64,000 nt of DNA from an uncultured Rhodospirillaceae bacterium (lineage in GTDB: Bacteria > Pseudomonadota > Alphaproteobacteria > UBA9219), in the NCBI GenBank assembly GCA_964626265.1, contig CAZVCG010000006.1, positions 133-64,132 of the forward strand, in the 5' to 3' direction. The notes beneath the pieces are model-generated. The model did no database searches and was not told the origin of the DNA. It worked only from the letters and a program-made list of their open reading frames with translations. Numbering within the stretch: position 1 is the stretch's first letter; each line of letters starts with the position of its first letter. This document shows positions 38,727-47,142 of the stretch, piece after piece. A program made the position numbers and the translations under genes.

Positions 38727-38864
38727 AAGGAATGGGCATAATGATTATTACATAAACATTAAACCACTGTAAACAAACTAATTATGCTTGAACATCCGAG
38801 GAGAACATCCGGGAGACAATGGTCAGCCACCCGTTTTCTGCCCGATGCTATAAGCAATTTTTGC

Positions 38865-39566
38865 TCAAAAACTATACGTCAACTGCGCCGTGATGACGTG
38901 GGCGTTGAAGTCGCCTTCTCTGCCCGTTACGCCGCCGCCGGAGGACGTGTTTCCGCTGTCGATCCATAGATATTGATAGCGGCCGCCGAGCGAAAGTTTG
39001 TCGGTGATGGAATAATTCGCGCCGGCGAGCGCATCCATCGCGAAAAACGTTTCGCTGTGTTTTGAATTGACCGTTTCCGTGTTGCCCTGGAAGGTCAGCC
39101 TGTTCACTTTGGTTTCCGTCGCGGCGAAGCCGACGCCGACGCCGAAATAGGGCGAAAACCCCTTTGCGCCCCACGGCGTGACGATGCCGTTGAACAGGCC
39201 CAGAATGGCGCTCGCGCTTCCATCGACGCCGATGCTGCCGCTGCCCGTGCCGAGGTTGCCCGCCGTCAGCGTTCCCGAAATGTCGTCGTAATCGACCGAG
39301 GCGTAGCCAATCTCGATTTCACCCGACAAGTATTTGTTGAAATGATAGCCGCCCATGCCCATCACGGCCACGTCGCTTTTAAAATTGATGTCGCCCGCGC
39401 CCGTTACGGAACCGCTGATGTCGACTTTCGTGCTTTGCGGGATTACGGCGCCCACGCCCACGCCGCCATAAAAATCGCCGAACTCGACATGCCGGGGAAG
39501 TTCCGCGCGCGCGGCAGGCGGCGCCAGCAGCAACGCCGCAGCCAATAACATCCAGCAATTTTTCAT
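38865..39566 (-). CDS. outer-membrane beta-barrel protein (Omp25/OmpA-like barrel)
   Basis: Signal peptide, alternating amphipathic strands, Gly-rich loops and a C-terminal aromatic residue (…TYSF). Confidence 0.7.
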   Translation of the reverse strand: MKNCWMLLAAALLLAPPAARAELPRHVEFGDFYGGVGVGAVIPQSTKVDISGSVTGAGDINFKSDVAVMGMGGYHFNKYLSGEIEIGYASVDYDDISGTLTAGNLGTGSGSIGVDGSASAILGLFNGIVTPWGAKGFSPYFGVGVGFAATETKVNRLTFQGNTETVNSKHSETFFAMDALAGANYSITDKLSLGGRYQYLWIDSGNTSSGGGVTGREGDFNAHVITAQLTYSF

Positions 39567-39730
39567 GGCGGGACCTCATAAAAAGAGGAAGAGGCGCTAT
39601 AGAAATGGACGCTGCGAAAAAGCCTCAGAGACGCGGTTAATAAAGTACTAATAAATCCTTAAGTCAATCATAAAAACATATGCGTCAATTGATTGTTGGA
39701 TGATCGGCGGGATTATCAATATGTTGTGGA

Positions 39731-39790
39731 GCGATGGGGACACGAGCGATGGGGACACAATAATTATTGTGTCCCCAATGAAAATTTGTC
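39731..39790. repeat. minimal MITE copy: abutting terminal inverted repeats GGGGACACAATAA|TTATTGTGTCCCC plus a duplicated half TIR
   Basis: GCGATGGGGACAC GAGCGATGGGGACACAATAATTATTGTGTCCCCAATG. Confidence 0.6.
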
Positions 39791-40579
39791 TTACGTCCCC
39801 TTGAATTTTGGCGGGGAGCCTGAAGAAAAGGCGCGGAGGTAGTCGCGGAAGTCGAAACCGCGCATATTCGCCCCGAGGAACGAGTGTTCGATACTGAGAT
39901 GGCCGTGAAGGTCTTGCTCGAACGCGCGAAGCGCGAGCTTTTTCACTGCGCCATAGGATTTCGTCGGGCCTTCGGCGAGTTGCGAAAGCCATTCCATGGA
40001 TTCCGCCGTAAGCTTGTCGTCATCGACCACTTTGTTCACGATTCCTAGTTGCTGGGCCTCGACCGCATCGAACGTGCGGCCCGTCATCAACAGCTCGACC
40101 GCGCGGCCCATGCCCGCCTTGCGCGTCAGAAAATAGGAACACGCGCCATCGGGCGACAAGGCCATCTCGACAAACCTGGGCGTGAACCTTGCGCTGCGCG
40201 CAGCAATGACCAAATCGCAGGCCAGCATGAGGCTAAGCCCCTGCCCCGTAACCTCGCCCTCGACGCTCGCCAGAACGGGTTTGTCCATCGCCTGAAGCTC
40301 GCGAATGATGTTGTGATAAGGCCCCACAAGCGCGTTCGCGTTTTCAAGCGCGCGGCCAAGGTCGCCCTTGAAAACGTCCATCTCAAGCCCCGCCATGAAA
40401 TTGCCCCCCGCGCCGTTCAGCATCACGGCGCGCACGCCGCGATCGGTCGTCGTGTTTTTAAGGATCAGGAACGCCTGGCTTGCCATATCCATGGTCAAGG
40501 CGTTCTTGCGGCCGGGACGGTTGAACGTCAGGATCAGCGCGGAACCGTTGCGGACGGAAAGGACTTCGTTGGAGGGCAT
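39791..40579 (-). CDS. enoyl-CoA hydratase/isomerase family protein
   Basis: Crotonase-fold motifs (LTFNRPGRKNAL, GAGGNFMAGLEM, oxyanion-hole region). The start is set at MPSNEV with an RBS. The ORF track extends to 40876. Confidence 0.85.
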   Translation of the reverse strand: MPSNEVLSVRNGSALILTFNRPGRKNALTMDMASQAFLILKNTTTDRGVRAVMLNGAGGNFMAGLEMDVFKGDLGRALENANALVGPYHNIIRELQAMDKPVLASVEGEVTGQGLSLMLACDLVIAARSARFTPRFVEMALSPDGACSYFLTRKAGMGRAVELLMTGRTFDAVEAQQLGIVNKVVDDDKLTAESMEWLSQLAEGPTKSYGAVKKLALRAFEQDLHGHLSIEHSFLGANMRGFDFRDYLRAFSSGSPPKFKGT

Positions 40580-40624
40580 TTGCGGGGCTCCGAGGGACGG
40601 GATGTGAGGTTCGCAAGGAATTAC

Positions 40625-40703
40625 GACGGGGACACAATTAAAAGGCCAAAGGCAACCGTATAAACTTTCAACAGGTTTTGCAGGCCTTATTATTATGTCC
40701 ACG
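40625..40703. repeat. MITE copy with a degenerate right terminus
   Basis: GGGGACACAATTAAAAGGCC...GGCCTTATTATTATGTCCACGC. Confidence 0.55.
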
Positions 40704-40802
40704 CTACTGAGTCGGGAGGGATTAAAACGCGGACAGCGGCATTTGGCAATCAAAAGGGAATAAGGCGTTGACGCGGCGCTCCAATCATAGAAAAACATTG
40801 AT

Positions 40803-41003
40803 ATGAACAAGCCAACCCAGCCCCAAGGCGATGTTATTTTCGAGCATACGCGCATCGGCTCAATCGTGCGAGTCACCGCCGTTCATGCCGCCACCGGGAC
40901 TGAAGCCGTCATTCAAGGCCCGGCAACGTCATCGCCGGGCGAGCTTCAGCGCGTCGCGCTGGCGAAATTGAACTACGTGATGCGGAAGCAGGCGGAAGGA
41001 TAG
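40803..41003 (+). CDS. small conserved hypothetical protein (66 aa)
   Basis: Resembles a conserved ~70-aa alphaproteobacterial protein family (…FEHTRIGSIVRVTAVHAATGTEAVIQGP…). Confidence 0.45.
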   Translation: MNKPTQPQGDVIFEHTRIGSIVRVTAVHAATGTEAVIQGPATSSPGELQRVALAKLNYVMRKQAEG

Positions 41004-41081
41004 GGGGCACTCATCAGAGGTCAGCATTCAGGGATGGTATGCGGATAACCAAACCTATAGCTGATTAACATTTTATTGGGT

Positions 41082-41140
41082 CGTCATTCCGGACGATTTT
41101 CTTTTCGACCATGAAATGGGCGAAAGAAAATTGGAATGAC
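41082..41140. repeat. compound palindromic repeat element, short copy R5
   Basis: GTCATTCCGGACG...GGAATGAC. Confidence 0.5.
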
Positions 41141-41210
41141 AAAGAGCTTTGTATCAACAAAAAGTTAAACGGCTATAACACCCTGAATACCGATCCCTGA
41201 CCCCTGAATG

Positions 41211-41990
41211 CTATTTACCCAACAGCTTCTTCAGCCAGCCGCCGGATTCTTTCTTCGGCTGTTGCGCAGGAGCCGGCGGAGTCGGAGTCACAGTCGACGG
41301 CACAGGCGCGGGCATCGCTTCCGGCACGGCGGGCGTTTCAACCGCAGGCGCGGCGGGCATGTCAGGAACAGCGGGCGCCTCCGGAATCGCTGGGGACGTA
41401 TTGTGGTCCTGCGTTGCCGTCGCTGGCGGCGGCGCACGGTGCTTCATTTGCGCGGGCAGTTGCGGCTCCGGACGTTTGTTGGCTTCCGGCGTGAACGACG
41501 GCGGCGTCAAAACGGCGTCCATCACATGCACGACGCCGTTTGGCGCGGGCAAATCCGGCACAGTGAAGCCCGCCGTGTTGACCTTGACCTTTTCGCCCGT
41601 GCCTTCGAAGCCGAGCGTTTCGCCGCTCATCGCGGCGGGGCCGGCGCGGCGCCCCTTGATGTTCGTGAAGTAAACCACGCTGCCGCTGATCGCGTGATAT
41701 TTGACGAAGGTCTGCAGAGCCGCTTTGTCGGATTTGATCTTTTTGGAAACTTCAGAAGGCATTTTGCCGATCGCGTCGTTCGACGGCGCGAAAACCGTGT
41801 ATTGGTTTTTGGATTCGAATTCCTTTTCAAGCCCGGCTTCCTTGATCATATCGGCGAACCTGGCCAGATCCTTGCGTTCTTCGATGACCTGCATCACATT
41901 GGCGGGAGCTTTTTCCTCTTTTGCGGAAGCCAATGACGGCAACGCAACCGCCACCATCAAGATAAACAACGAGCGCAGGACATATTTCAT
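41211..41990 (-). CDS. fasciclin (FAS1) domain protein with a Pro/Ala-rich C-terminal tail
   Basis: Signal peptide and FAS1 motifs (TVFAPSNDAI, VHVMDAVL). Confidence 0.8.
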   Translation of the reverse strand: MKYVLRSLFILMVAVALPSLASAKEEKAPANVMQVIEERKDLARFADMIKEAGLEKEFESKNQYTVFAPSNDAIGKMPSEVSKKIKSDKAALQTFVKYHAISGSVVYFTNIKGRRAGPAAMSGETLGFEGTGEKVKVNTAGFTVPDLPAPNGVVHVMDAVLTPPSFTPEANKRPEPQLPAQMKHRAPPPATATQDHNTSPAIPEAPAVPDMPAAPAVETPAVPEAMPAPVPSTVTPTPPAPAQQPKKESGGWLKKLLGK

Positions 41991-42157
41991 CGGTATCTCC
42001 CTTTCGGATACGTGGGATCAGCGTCACATGAAGCTAAACAAACCGAATGCGCCGGTCAATGAGCGTTTTCCCTTCGTTGCATGTTGATTTGCGACCCCTG
42101 AATCATGTTAGCCTAGAGAATTCGACAATAACGATAATAAGTCAGGGAGACAAAATT

Positions 42158-43144
42158 ATGGCACGGAAGAAAATTGCCCTGGTCGGCGCCGGGCATATCG
42201 GCGGCGCGTTGGCATTCATGGCGGCGCAGAAGGAACTGGGCGACATCTACCTCATCGACGTGGTGGAAGGCTTGGCCGAGGGCAAAGCCCTCGACCTCAC
42301 CCACGCCACGCCCGTCGGCGGCTTCGCCTGCACGTTCGTCGGCGGCACTGATTACGCCCTGATGCAGGACGCCGATGTCGTCGTCGTGACCGCGGGCGTG
42401 CCGCGCAAGCCCGGCATGAAACGCGACGATTTGATCGGCATCAACACCGGCATCATCAAGACCGTGGCCGAGAACATCAAGAAATACGCGCCAAAGGCTT
42501 TCGTGATCGTCGTGACCAACCCGCTCGACGTGATGGTGTGGGTCATGCAGCAGGTGACGGGATTCCCGACCCATCAAGTCGTCGGCATGGCGGGCATTCT
42601 GGACACGACGCGCTTCCGCGCCCTGCTCGCCATGGAGTTCAACGTCTCGGCGCAGAGCGTCGAAGCCTGCGTTCTGGGCGGGCACGGCGACACGATGCTG
42701 CCGCTCGACAGGTTCTCGAGCGTCGGTGGCATACCGCTGCACGACCTCGTCAAGATGGGCAAGATCACAAAAGAACGCCTGAGCGAAATCGTCGAGCGTA
42801 CGCGCGACAGCGGAACGGAAATCGTCAAGCTGCTCAAGACCGGTTCGGCGTTCATGGCGCCCGCCGCCTCTATCACCGAGATGATCGAGAGCTTCGTCAA
42901 CGACAAGAAGCGCATTCTGCCCTGCGCCGCTTATCTGAACGGCGAATATGGCCAAAAGGACATCTATGCGGGCGTGCCGATCATCCTCGGCGCAGGCGGC
43001 GTGGAAAAGGTCATCGAGCTGCCGCTGAACGACGAGGAAAAAGCGCTGTTCGCCAAGTCCGTGCAGGCCGTGCGCGATCTGGTGGAAGTCGCCAAGCCTA
43101 TGCTCAACGGCTGCTGTAAGCCCAAAGAGCGGAATGTGGCGTAG
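42158..43144 (+). CDS. mdh: malate dehydrogenase (LDH-like type)
   Basis: [12 protein letters not shown] Rossmann motif, [18 protein letters not shown], and IVVTNPLD. The start is the ATG at 42158 with an RBS. Confidence 0.9.
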   Translation: MARKKIALVGAGHIGGALAFMAAQKELGDIYLIDVVEGLAEGKALDLTHATPVGGFACTFVGGTDYALMQDADVVVVTAGVPRKPGMKRDDLIGINTGIIKTVAENIKKYAPKAFVIVVTNPLDVMVWVMQQVTGFPTHQVVGMAGILDTTRFRALLAMEFNVSAQSVEACVLGGHGDTMLPLDRFSSVGGIPLHDLVKMGKITKERLSEIVERTRDSGTEIVKLLKTGSAFMAPAASITEMIESFVNDKKRILPCAAYLNGEYGQKDIYAGVPIILGAGGVEKVIELPLNDEEKALFAKSVQAVRDLVEVAKPMLNGCCKPKERNVA

Positions 43145-43224
43145 GGGGAGCGTTCAGCATTTAGGGGGTGACCCTGTGCGGACGAATATCAATGCTCGCG
43201 TAACGATTGCAGGGTGAAGGGCAA

Positions 43225-43301
43225 GGGGGACACAATAAAAAAGGCAATAATAGCTGCTAAAAGACGTATGCGTGTTGAAGCCTTTTTTTTATTGTGTCCC
43301 C
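43225..43301. repeat. MITE (about 77 bp) with ~20-bp terminal inverted repeats GGGGACACAATAAAAAAGGC / GCCTTTTTTTTATTGTGTCCCC
   Basis: A full copy. Other copies lie at 44191-44265, 63394-63468, 40625-40703, and a minimal form at 39731-39790. Confidence 0.75.
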
Positions 43302-43324
43302 ATCGTTTTTTGCGTTCGATGTAA

Positions 43325-43352
43325 CCCCTCTCATCCTTGTCGGGGAGAGGGG
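43325..43352. repeat. REP-like hairpin CCCCTCTC-ATCCTTGTC-GGGGAGAGGGG
   Basis: A member of the CCTCTCCC/GGGAGAGG family, lying downstream of mdh. Confidence 0.55.
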
Positions 43353-43399
43353 ATTAAGGGGTATGGTCACGTCCTTCATAATGTTCTAAACATCCCCGC

Positions 43400-44176
43400 A
43401 TGGACTTTACGGATCTGCTTCCACAAATCACGCTTTATCTCGTCGGCGGGATGCTGGGCCTGATCAGCGCCGGACTGGGCGGGCATTTCGGCTACCGCTC
43501 CGCCGACCGCTTGCCCGGCGAAAGCCGCATGCCGCATTGCGTGTTCTGTCTGCGTGGGCTGAAATGGTATGAGTATTGCCCGCTGCTCGGCTGGCTTCTC
43601 AGACACGAGCCGCTCACCCTCCCCTGCCCGTGCGGCAAGCAACGCGGACTCTGGGCGCAACCGCTCGCGGAAATCATCGGATTTATTCTTGGCCTCGCCG
43701 CCGTCGCGCTCGACGGATGGTCGTGGAGCATAGTGCCGTTGTGCCTAGGTTTGGGATTGTTGCCCGCCATCGCGATGGTGGATCTTTTTTTTGGACTCAT
43801 CCCGGATGAGTTGAACATCCTGCTCGGTTCATTCGGTTTTTTCTGGTTGATCATGGGCGATGGCGACGTGTTTATGGGACTCGTCACCGCGACGGGCTTG
43901 CTGGCGTTCAGCCTCTTCCTCGCGATCTTTTACAGCAAGTGGCGCGGGCGTGAGATGCTCGGCCTCGGCGACGTGAAACTTTTCGCCGCTGCGGGATTAT
44001 GGCTGCCCGTGCTTATCGTGCCGTGGTTTTTGTTCGCGGCGGGCATCATCGGCGCGGGCTTCGGCCTTTTGTGGAAACGTGCGGGCGGCGGCAAGGAATT
44101 CCCCTTTGCCCCCGCGCTGTGCGTCTCGCTGGCCGGATGCGTGTTTTACCAGCTTTATGTGATGGGGTGGGTTTAG
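43400..44176 (+). CDS. pilD: type IV prepilin leader peptidase (A24 family)
   Basis: N-terminal Cys cluster (CVFC...CPCG), multiple TM segments and the GLGDVKLFAAAG motif. Confidence 0.85.
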   Translation: MDFTDLLPQITLYLVGGMLGLISAGLGGHFGYRSADRLPGESRMPHCVFCLRGLKWYEYCPLLGWLLRHEPLTLPCPCGKQRGLWAQPLAEIIGFILGLAAVALDGWSWSIVPLCLGLGLLPAIAMVDLFFGLIPDELNILLGSFGFFWLIMGDGDVFMGLVTATGLLAFSLFLAIFYSKWRGREMLGLGDVKLFAAAGLWLPVLIVPWFLFAAGIIGAGFGLLWKRAGGGKEFPFAPALCVSLAGCVFYQLYVMGWV

Positions 44177-44190
44177 GGATTCAGGGCATC

Positions 44191-44265
44191 GGGGACACAA
44201 TAAAAAGGCCCGAAACGATCATTAGAATTTCGAAGGATTTCATCGGCCTTTTTTATTGTGTCCCC
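44191..44265. repeat. MITE copy
   Basis: GGGGACACAATAAAAAGGCC...GGCCTTTTTTATTGTGTCCCC. Confidence 0.75.
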
Positions 44266-44288
44266 ATCGTATCGCAATCTGATTTTCA

Positions 44289-44362
44289 CCCCCTCTCCTG
44301 CGAAAACTAAGCCGTTACGATGTAACGGCAAGTTTTCGCTTCCTCCCCCTCGAGGGGGGAGG
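44289..44362. repeat. REP-like compound hairpin (CCCCTCTCC; GCGAAAACTAAGCCGTTAC-GAT-GTAACGGCAAGTTTTCGC; CCTCCCCCTCGAGGGGGGAGG)
   Basis: It has the same architecture as 17515-17578 with compensatory base changes in the stems. Confidence 0.6.
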
Positions 44363-44376
44363 TAAAGTCCCGCCCC

Positions 44377-45942
44377 ATGTCCTTTGCGCGTTCACTTGCC
44401 ACGGTTAGCGGTCTTACGGTTATCAGCCGGATAGGCGGGTTTGTGCGCGACCAGTTGACGGCCATCTTTTTGGGCGCGGGGTTTGAGGCGGACGCGTTTT
44501 TTGTGGCGCAAAAACTGCCCAACCTGTTCCGCAGCCTGTTCGCCGAGGGCGCTTTCACGGCGGCGTTTGTGCCGCTCTATGCCGCCGAGCATCAAAAGAA
44601 AGGTTTCGAGCGCGCGCAACAGTTTGCGGCGAATGCTTTTGCCTTGCTGGTTTCCGTTCTGACGCCGTTTTCAGTGTTGATGATTATCTTCATGCCATAT
44701 GTGATTTTGGTCATTGCGCCGGGGTTTCAGGACGAGCCGGAGAAATACAATCTCGCCGTGTCGTTTTGCCGCGTGACTTTTCCCTATCTGCTGCTCATAT
44801 CCATCACCGCTTTGCAGAGCGGCGTTTTGAACGCGCATAACCGTTTCGGGCCGCCCGCCGCCGCGCCGATTGCGCTCAACATCGTGATGATCGCGGGCTT
44901 GCTGCTCGCTTGGGCGTTCAAGATGCCCGTTGGGGCGACATTATCGTGGGCGCTGACAGTATCTGGAGCCGTGCAATGCTTTTGGCTTTATCTGAGCTGC
45001 CGCCGCGCGGGGCTGACCATTTCTGTCGTCAAGCCCAACATGGGCGCGACAAGCATGCGTTTGTTCAAGCAGGTGGGCCCGGGCGCCATCGGTTCGGGCG
45101 CGGCGCAGATCAACATTATGCTGTCGACCATTTTGGCGTCGTTTTTGCCGACGGGCGCGGTGTCTTATTTGTATTACGCCGACAGGCTAAACCAGTTGCC
45201 TTTAGGCATCGTTGGTATAGCCGTAGCGACGACATTGTTGCCCACATTGTCGAGGCACGAGGCGAATGCCGACAAGGACAAGGTGCGCCATTACACCAGC
45301 CGCGCCATCGAGTTTTCTTTCCTGTTGGGTTTGCCTGCGGCCGTCGGCCTTGCGCTCGCCGCGCAGCCGATTATCCAAACGCTTTTCCAGCACGGCAAGT
45401 TCACGCAAACGGATACTTCCGAAACGGCAAAGGTTTTGGCGGCTTATGCTCTTTGCGTTCCGGCGTTTTTGCTGGTGAAGGTGTTCAGCGCGCGGTTTTT
45501 CGCGCAGCAGGACACTAAAACGCCGGTTGTGGTAGCGATTTATTCCATGATTACGAACGTGATCGTCTCTCTATTACTTATCGGAATATTACAACATGTC
45601 GGCATCGCTCTGGCGACCAGCATCGCCACGTGGACGAACGCAGGACAGCTTTACTGGCGTTTGCGCAAACGCGGGGAGTTGATCGCCGACGACAAACTGC
45701 GGCTGCGACTGCCTCGTTTAGCGTTCAGCGCGGCTGGAATGGCGCTTGTAACGCTGCTGGTTGTGCAAGCGCTTGCAAGCTGGTATACGGGAAAAAGCAT
45801 ATATTACGAGATTACGGCGTTAATCATGATACTCGGCGCATCCGCACTTTCCTATGCCGTGCTCCTGCAACTCACGGGGGCCATGCGATGGCGCGAAGCC
45901 ATGACTTTGTTAAGGCGCGAAGACGCGTCCACGCAGGCGTGA
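44377..45942 (+). CDS. murJ: lipid II flippase MurJ
   Basis: A 521-aa polytopic protein. The N-terminus LTVISRIGGFVRDQLTAIFLGAG...FRSLFAEGAF is typical of MurJ/MviN. Confidence 0.9.
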   Translation: MSFARSLATVSGLTVISRIGGFVRDQLTAIFLGAGFEADAFFVAQKLPNLFRSLFAEGAFTAAFVPLYAAEHQKKGFERAQQFAANAFALLVSVLTPFSVLMIIFMPYVILVIAPGFQDEPEKYNLAVSFCRVTFPYLLLISITALQSGVLNAHNRFGPPAAAPIALNIVMIAGLLLAWAFKMPVGATLSWALTVSGAVQCFWLYLSCRRAGLTISVVKPNMGATSMRLFKQVGPGAIGSGAAQINIMLSTILASFLPTGAVSYLYYADRLNQLPLGIVGIAVATTLLPTLSRHEANADKDKVRHYTSRAIEFSFLLGLPAAVGLALAAQPIIQTLFQHGKFTQTDTSETAKVLAAYALCVPAFLLVKVFSARFFAQQDTKTPVVVAIYSMITNVIVSLLLIGILQHVGIALATSIATWTNAGQLYWRLRKRGELIADDKLRLRLPRLAFSAAGMALVTLLVVQALASWYTGKSIYYEITALIMILGASALSYAVLLQLTGAMRWREAMTLLRREDASTQA

Positions 45943-45999
45943 GGCCTGCTCTCTTTAATCTTAACAACTATTCGTAATGAGATTTGCATCACACCTATT

Positions 46000-46085
46000 C
46001 GTCATTCCGGCGAAAGCCGGAATCCAGTGGACATTGACAATGGAAAATCCTTGTCGAAACATTCACTGGATCCCGACTTTCGTCG
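46000..46085. repeat. compound palindromic repeat element, copy R4 with covarying stems (ATTCCGGCG-AAA-GCCGGAAT; ATCCCGAC-TTTC-GTCGGGAT)
   Basis: It has the same architecture as R1-R3, and the stem sequences are changed in a compensatory way. Confidence 0.6.
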
Positions 46086-46142
46086 GGATGACGCAAATGG
46101 GTTTAATCAGGCCTGTTATGAAATACTTAAGGAGCTAAAATA

Positions 46143-47141
46143 ATGCGACGCATATTTTCGGGAATGCAGCCGACTGGCAATCTGCACCTGGGCAATTATC
46201 TAGGCGCGCTCAAAAATTGGGTGAAACTACAAGACGATTATGAGTGCTTTTACTGCGCGGTGGATCTGCACGCGATCACCGTGCCGCACGATCCCGCGAA
46301 GATGAAACAGGCGACGCGCGAAGTGTGCGCTTCGTACATCGCGGCGGGCATCGACATCAAGAAAAGCACGCTGTTCGTGCAAAGCGCCGTGCCGCAGCAC
46401 ACGGAACTCGGCTGGATTTTGGGAACGCAGACGCCCATGGGTTGGATGAACCGCATGACGCAGTTTAAGGAAAAGTCGGCCAAAAGCCGCGACCTTCAAC
46501 TGCTCGGCCTTTACAGTTACCCCGTTCTCATGGCGGCGGACATTTTGCTGTATAAAGCGACGCACGTGCCCGTGGGCGAGGATCAGAAACAGCATCTGGA
46601 GCTTTGCCGCGATCTGGCGATTGCGTTCAATTTGCGGTATGGGCAGGAATACTTCCCTGTGCCGGAGCCGCAGATTTTGGGCGAGGCGGCGCGCGTGATG
46701 TCTTTGCGCGATGGGACGAAGAAGATGAGCAAGTCGGACGAATCCGATTATTCGCGCATCAATTTGACTGACGACGCGGACGCCATCGCGCTGAAAATCC
46801 GCAAGGCCAAGACCGATCCCGAACCTTTGCCCGATACGCTGGCGGAACTGGAAAAGCGGCCCGAGGCCGACAACCTTGTGACGATCTATGCCACACTCAC
46901 CGACAGCAAGCGGACGGACGTTTTGAAGGCGCACAAGGGCGCGCAGTTCTCGGCTTTCAAGAAGGACCTGACCGAAGTCGCGGTGGCCAAGCTTTCGCCG
47001 ATCACGTCACGGATGCGCGAGCTGATGGGCGACCCGGCCGAAATCGACCGCATTCTGGCCAAAGGCGCGGAAAAAGCCGCCACGCTCGCTGAAAAGCACA
47101 TGCGGGAGATTAAGGATATTCTGGGGTTTTGGAGGGTTTAG
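46143..47141 (+). CDS. trpS: tryptophan--tRNA ligase
   Basis: HIGH-like motif (TGNLHLGNY) and KMSKS. Confidence 0.95.
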   Translation: MRRIFSGMQPTGNLHLGNYLGALKNWVKLQDDYECFYCAVDLHAITVPHDPAKMKQATREVCASYIAAGIDIKKSTLFVQSAVPQHTELGWILGTQTPMGWMNRMTQFKEKSAKSRDLQLLGLYSYPVLMAADILLYKATHVPVGEDQKQHLELCRDLAIAFNLRYGQEYFPVPEPQILGEAARVMSLRDGTKKMSKSDESDYSRINLTDDADAIALKIRKAKTDPEPLPDTLAELEKRPEADNLVTIYATLTDSKRTDVLKAHKGAQFSAFKKDLTEVAVAKLSPITSRMRELMGDPAEIDRILAKGAEKAATLAEKHMREIKDILGFWRV

Positions 47142-47142
47142 G

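Noticed and set aside
38512-38772. 86-aa hydrophobic ORF on the plus strand in the low-GC islet
   Set aside because: It conflicts with the minus-strand 67-aa ORF that is coupled to the protease start. The strand call is ambiguous and the plus ORF is kept only as an alternative.
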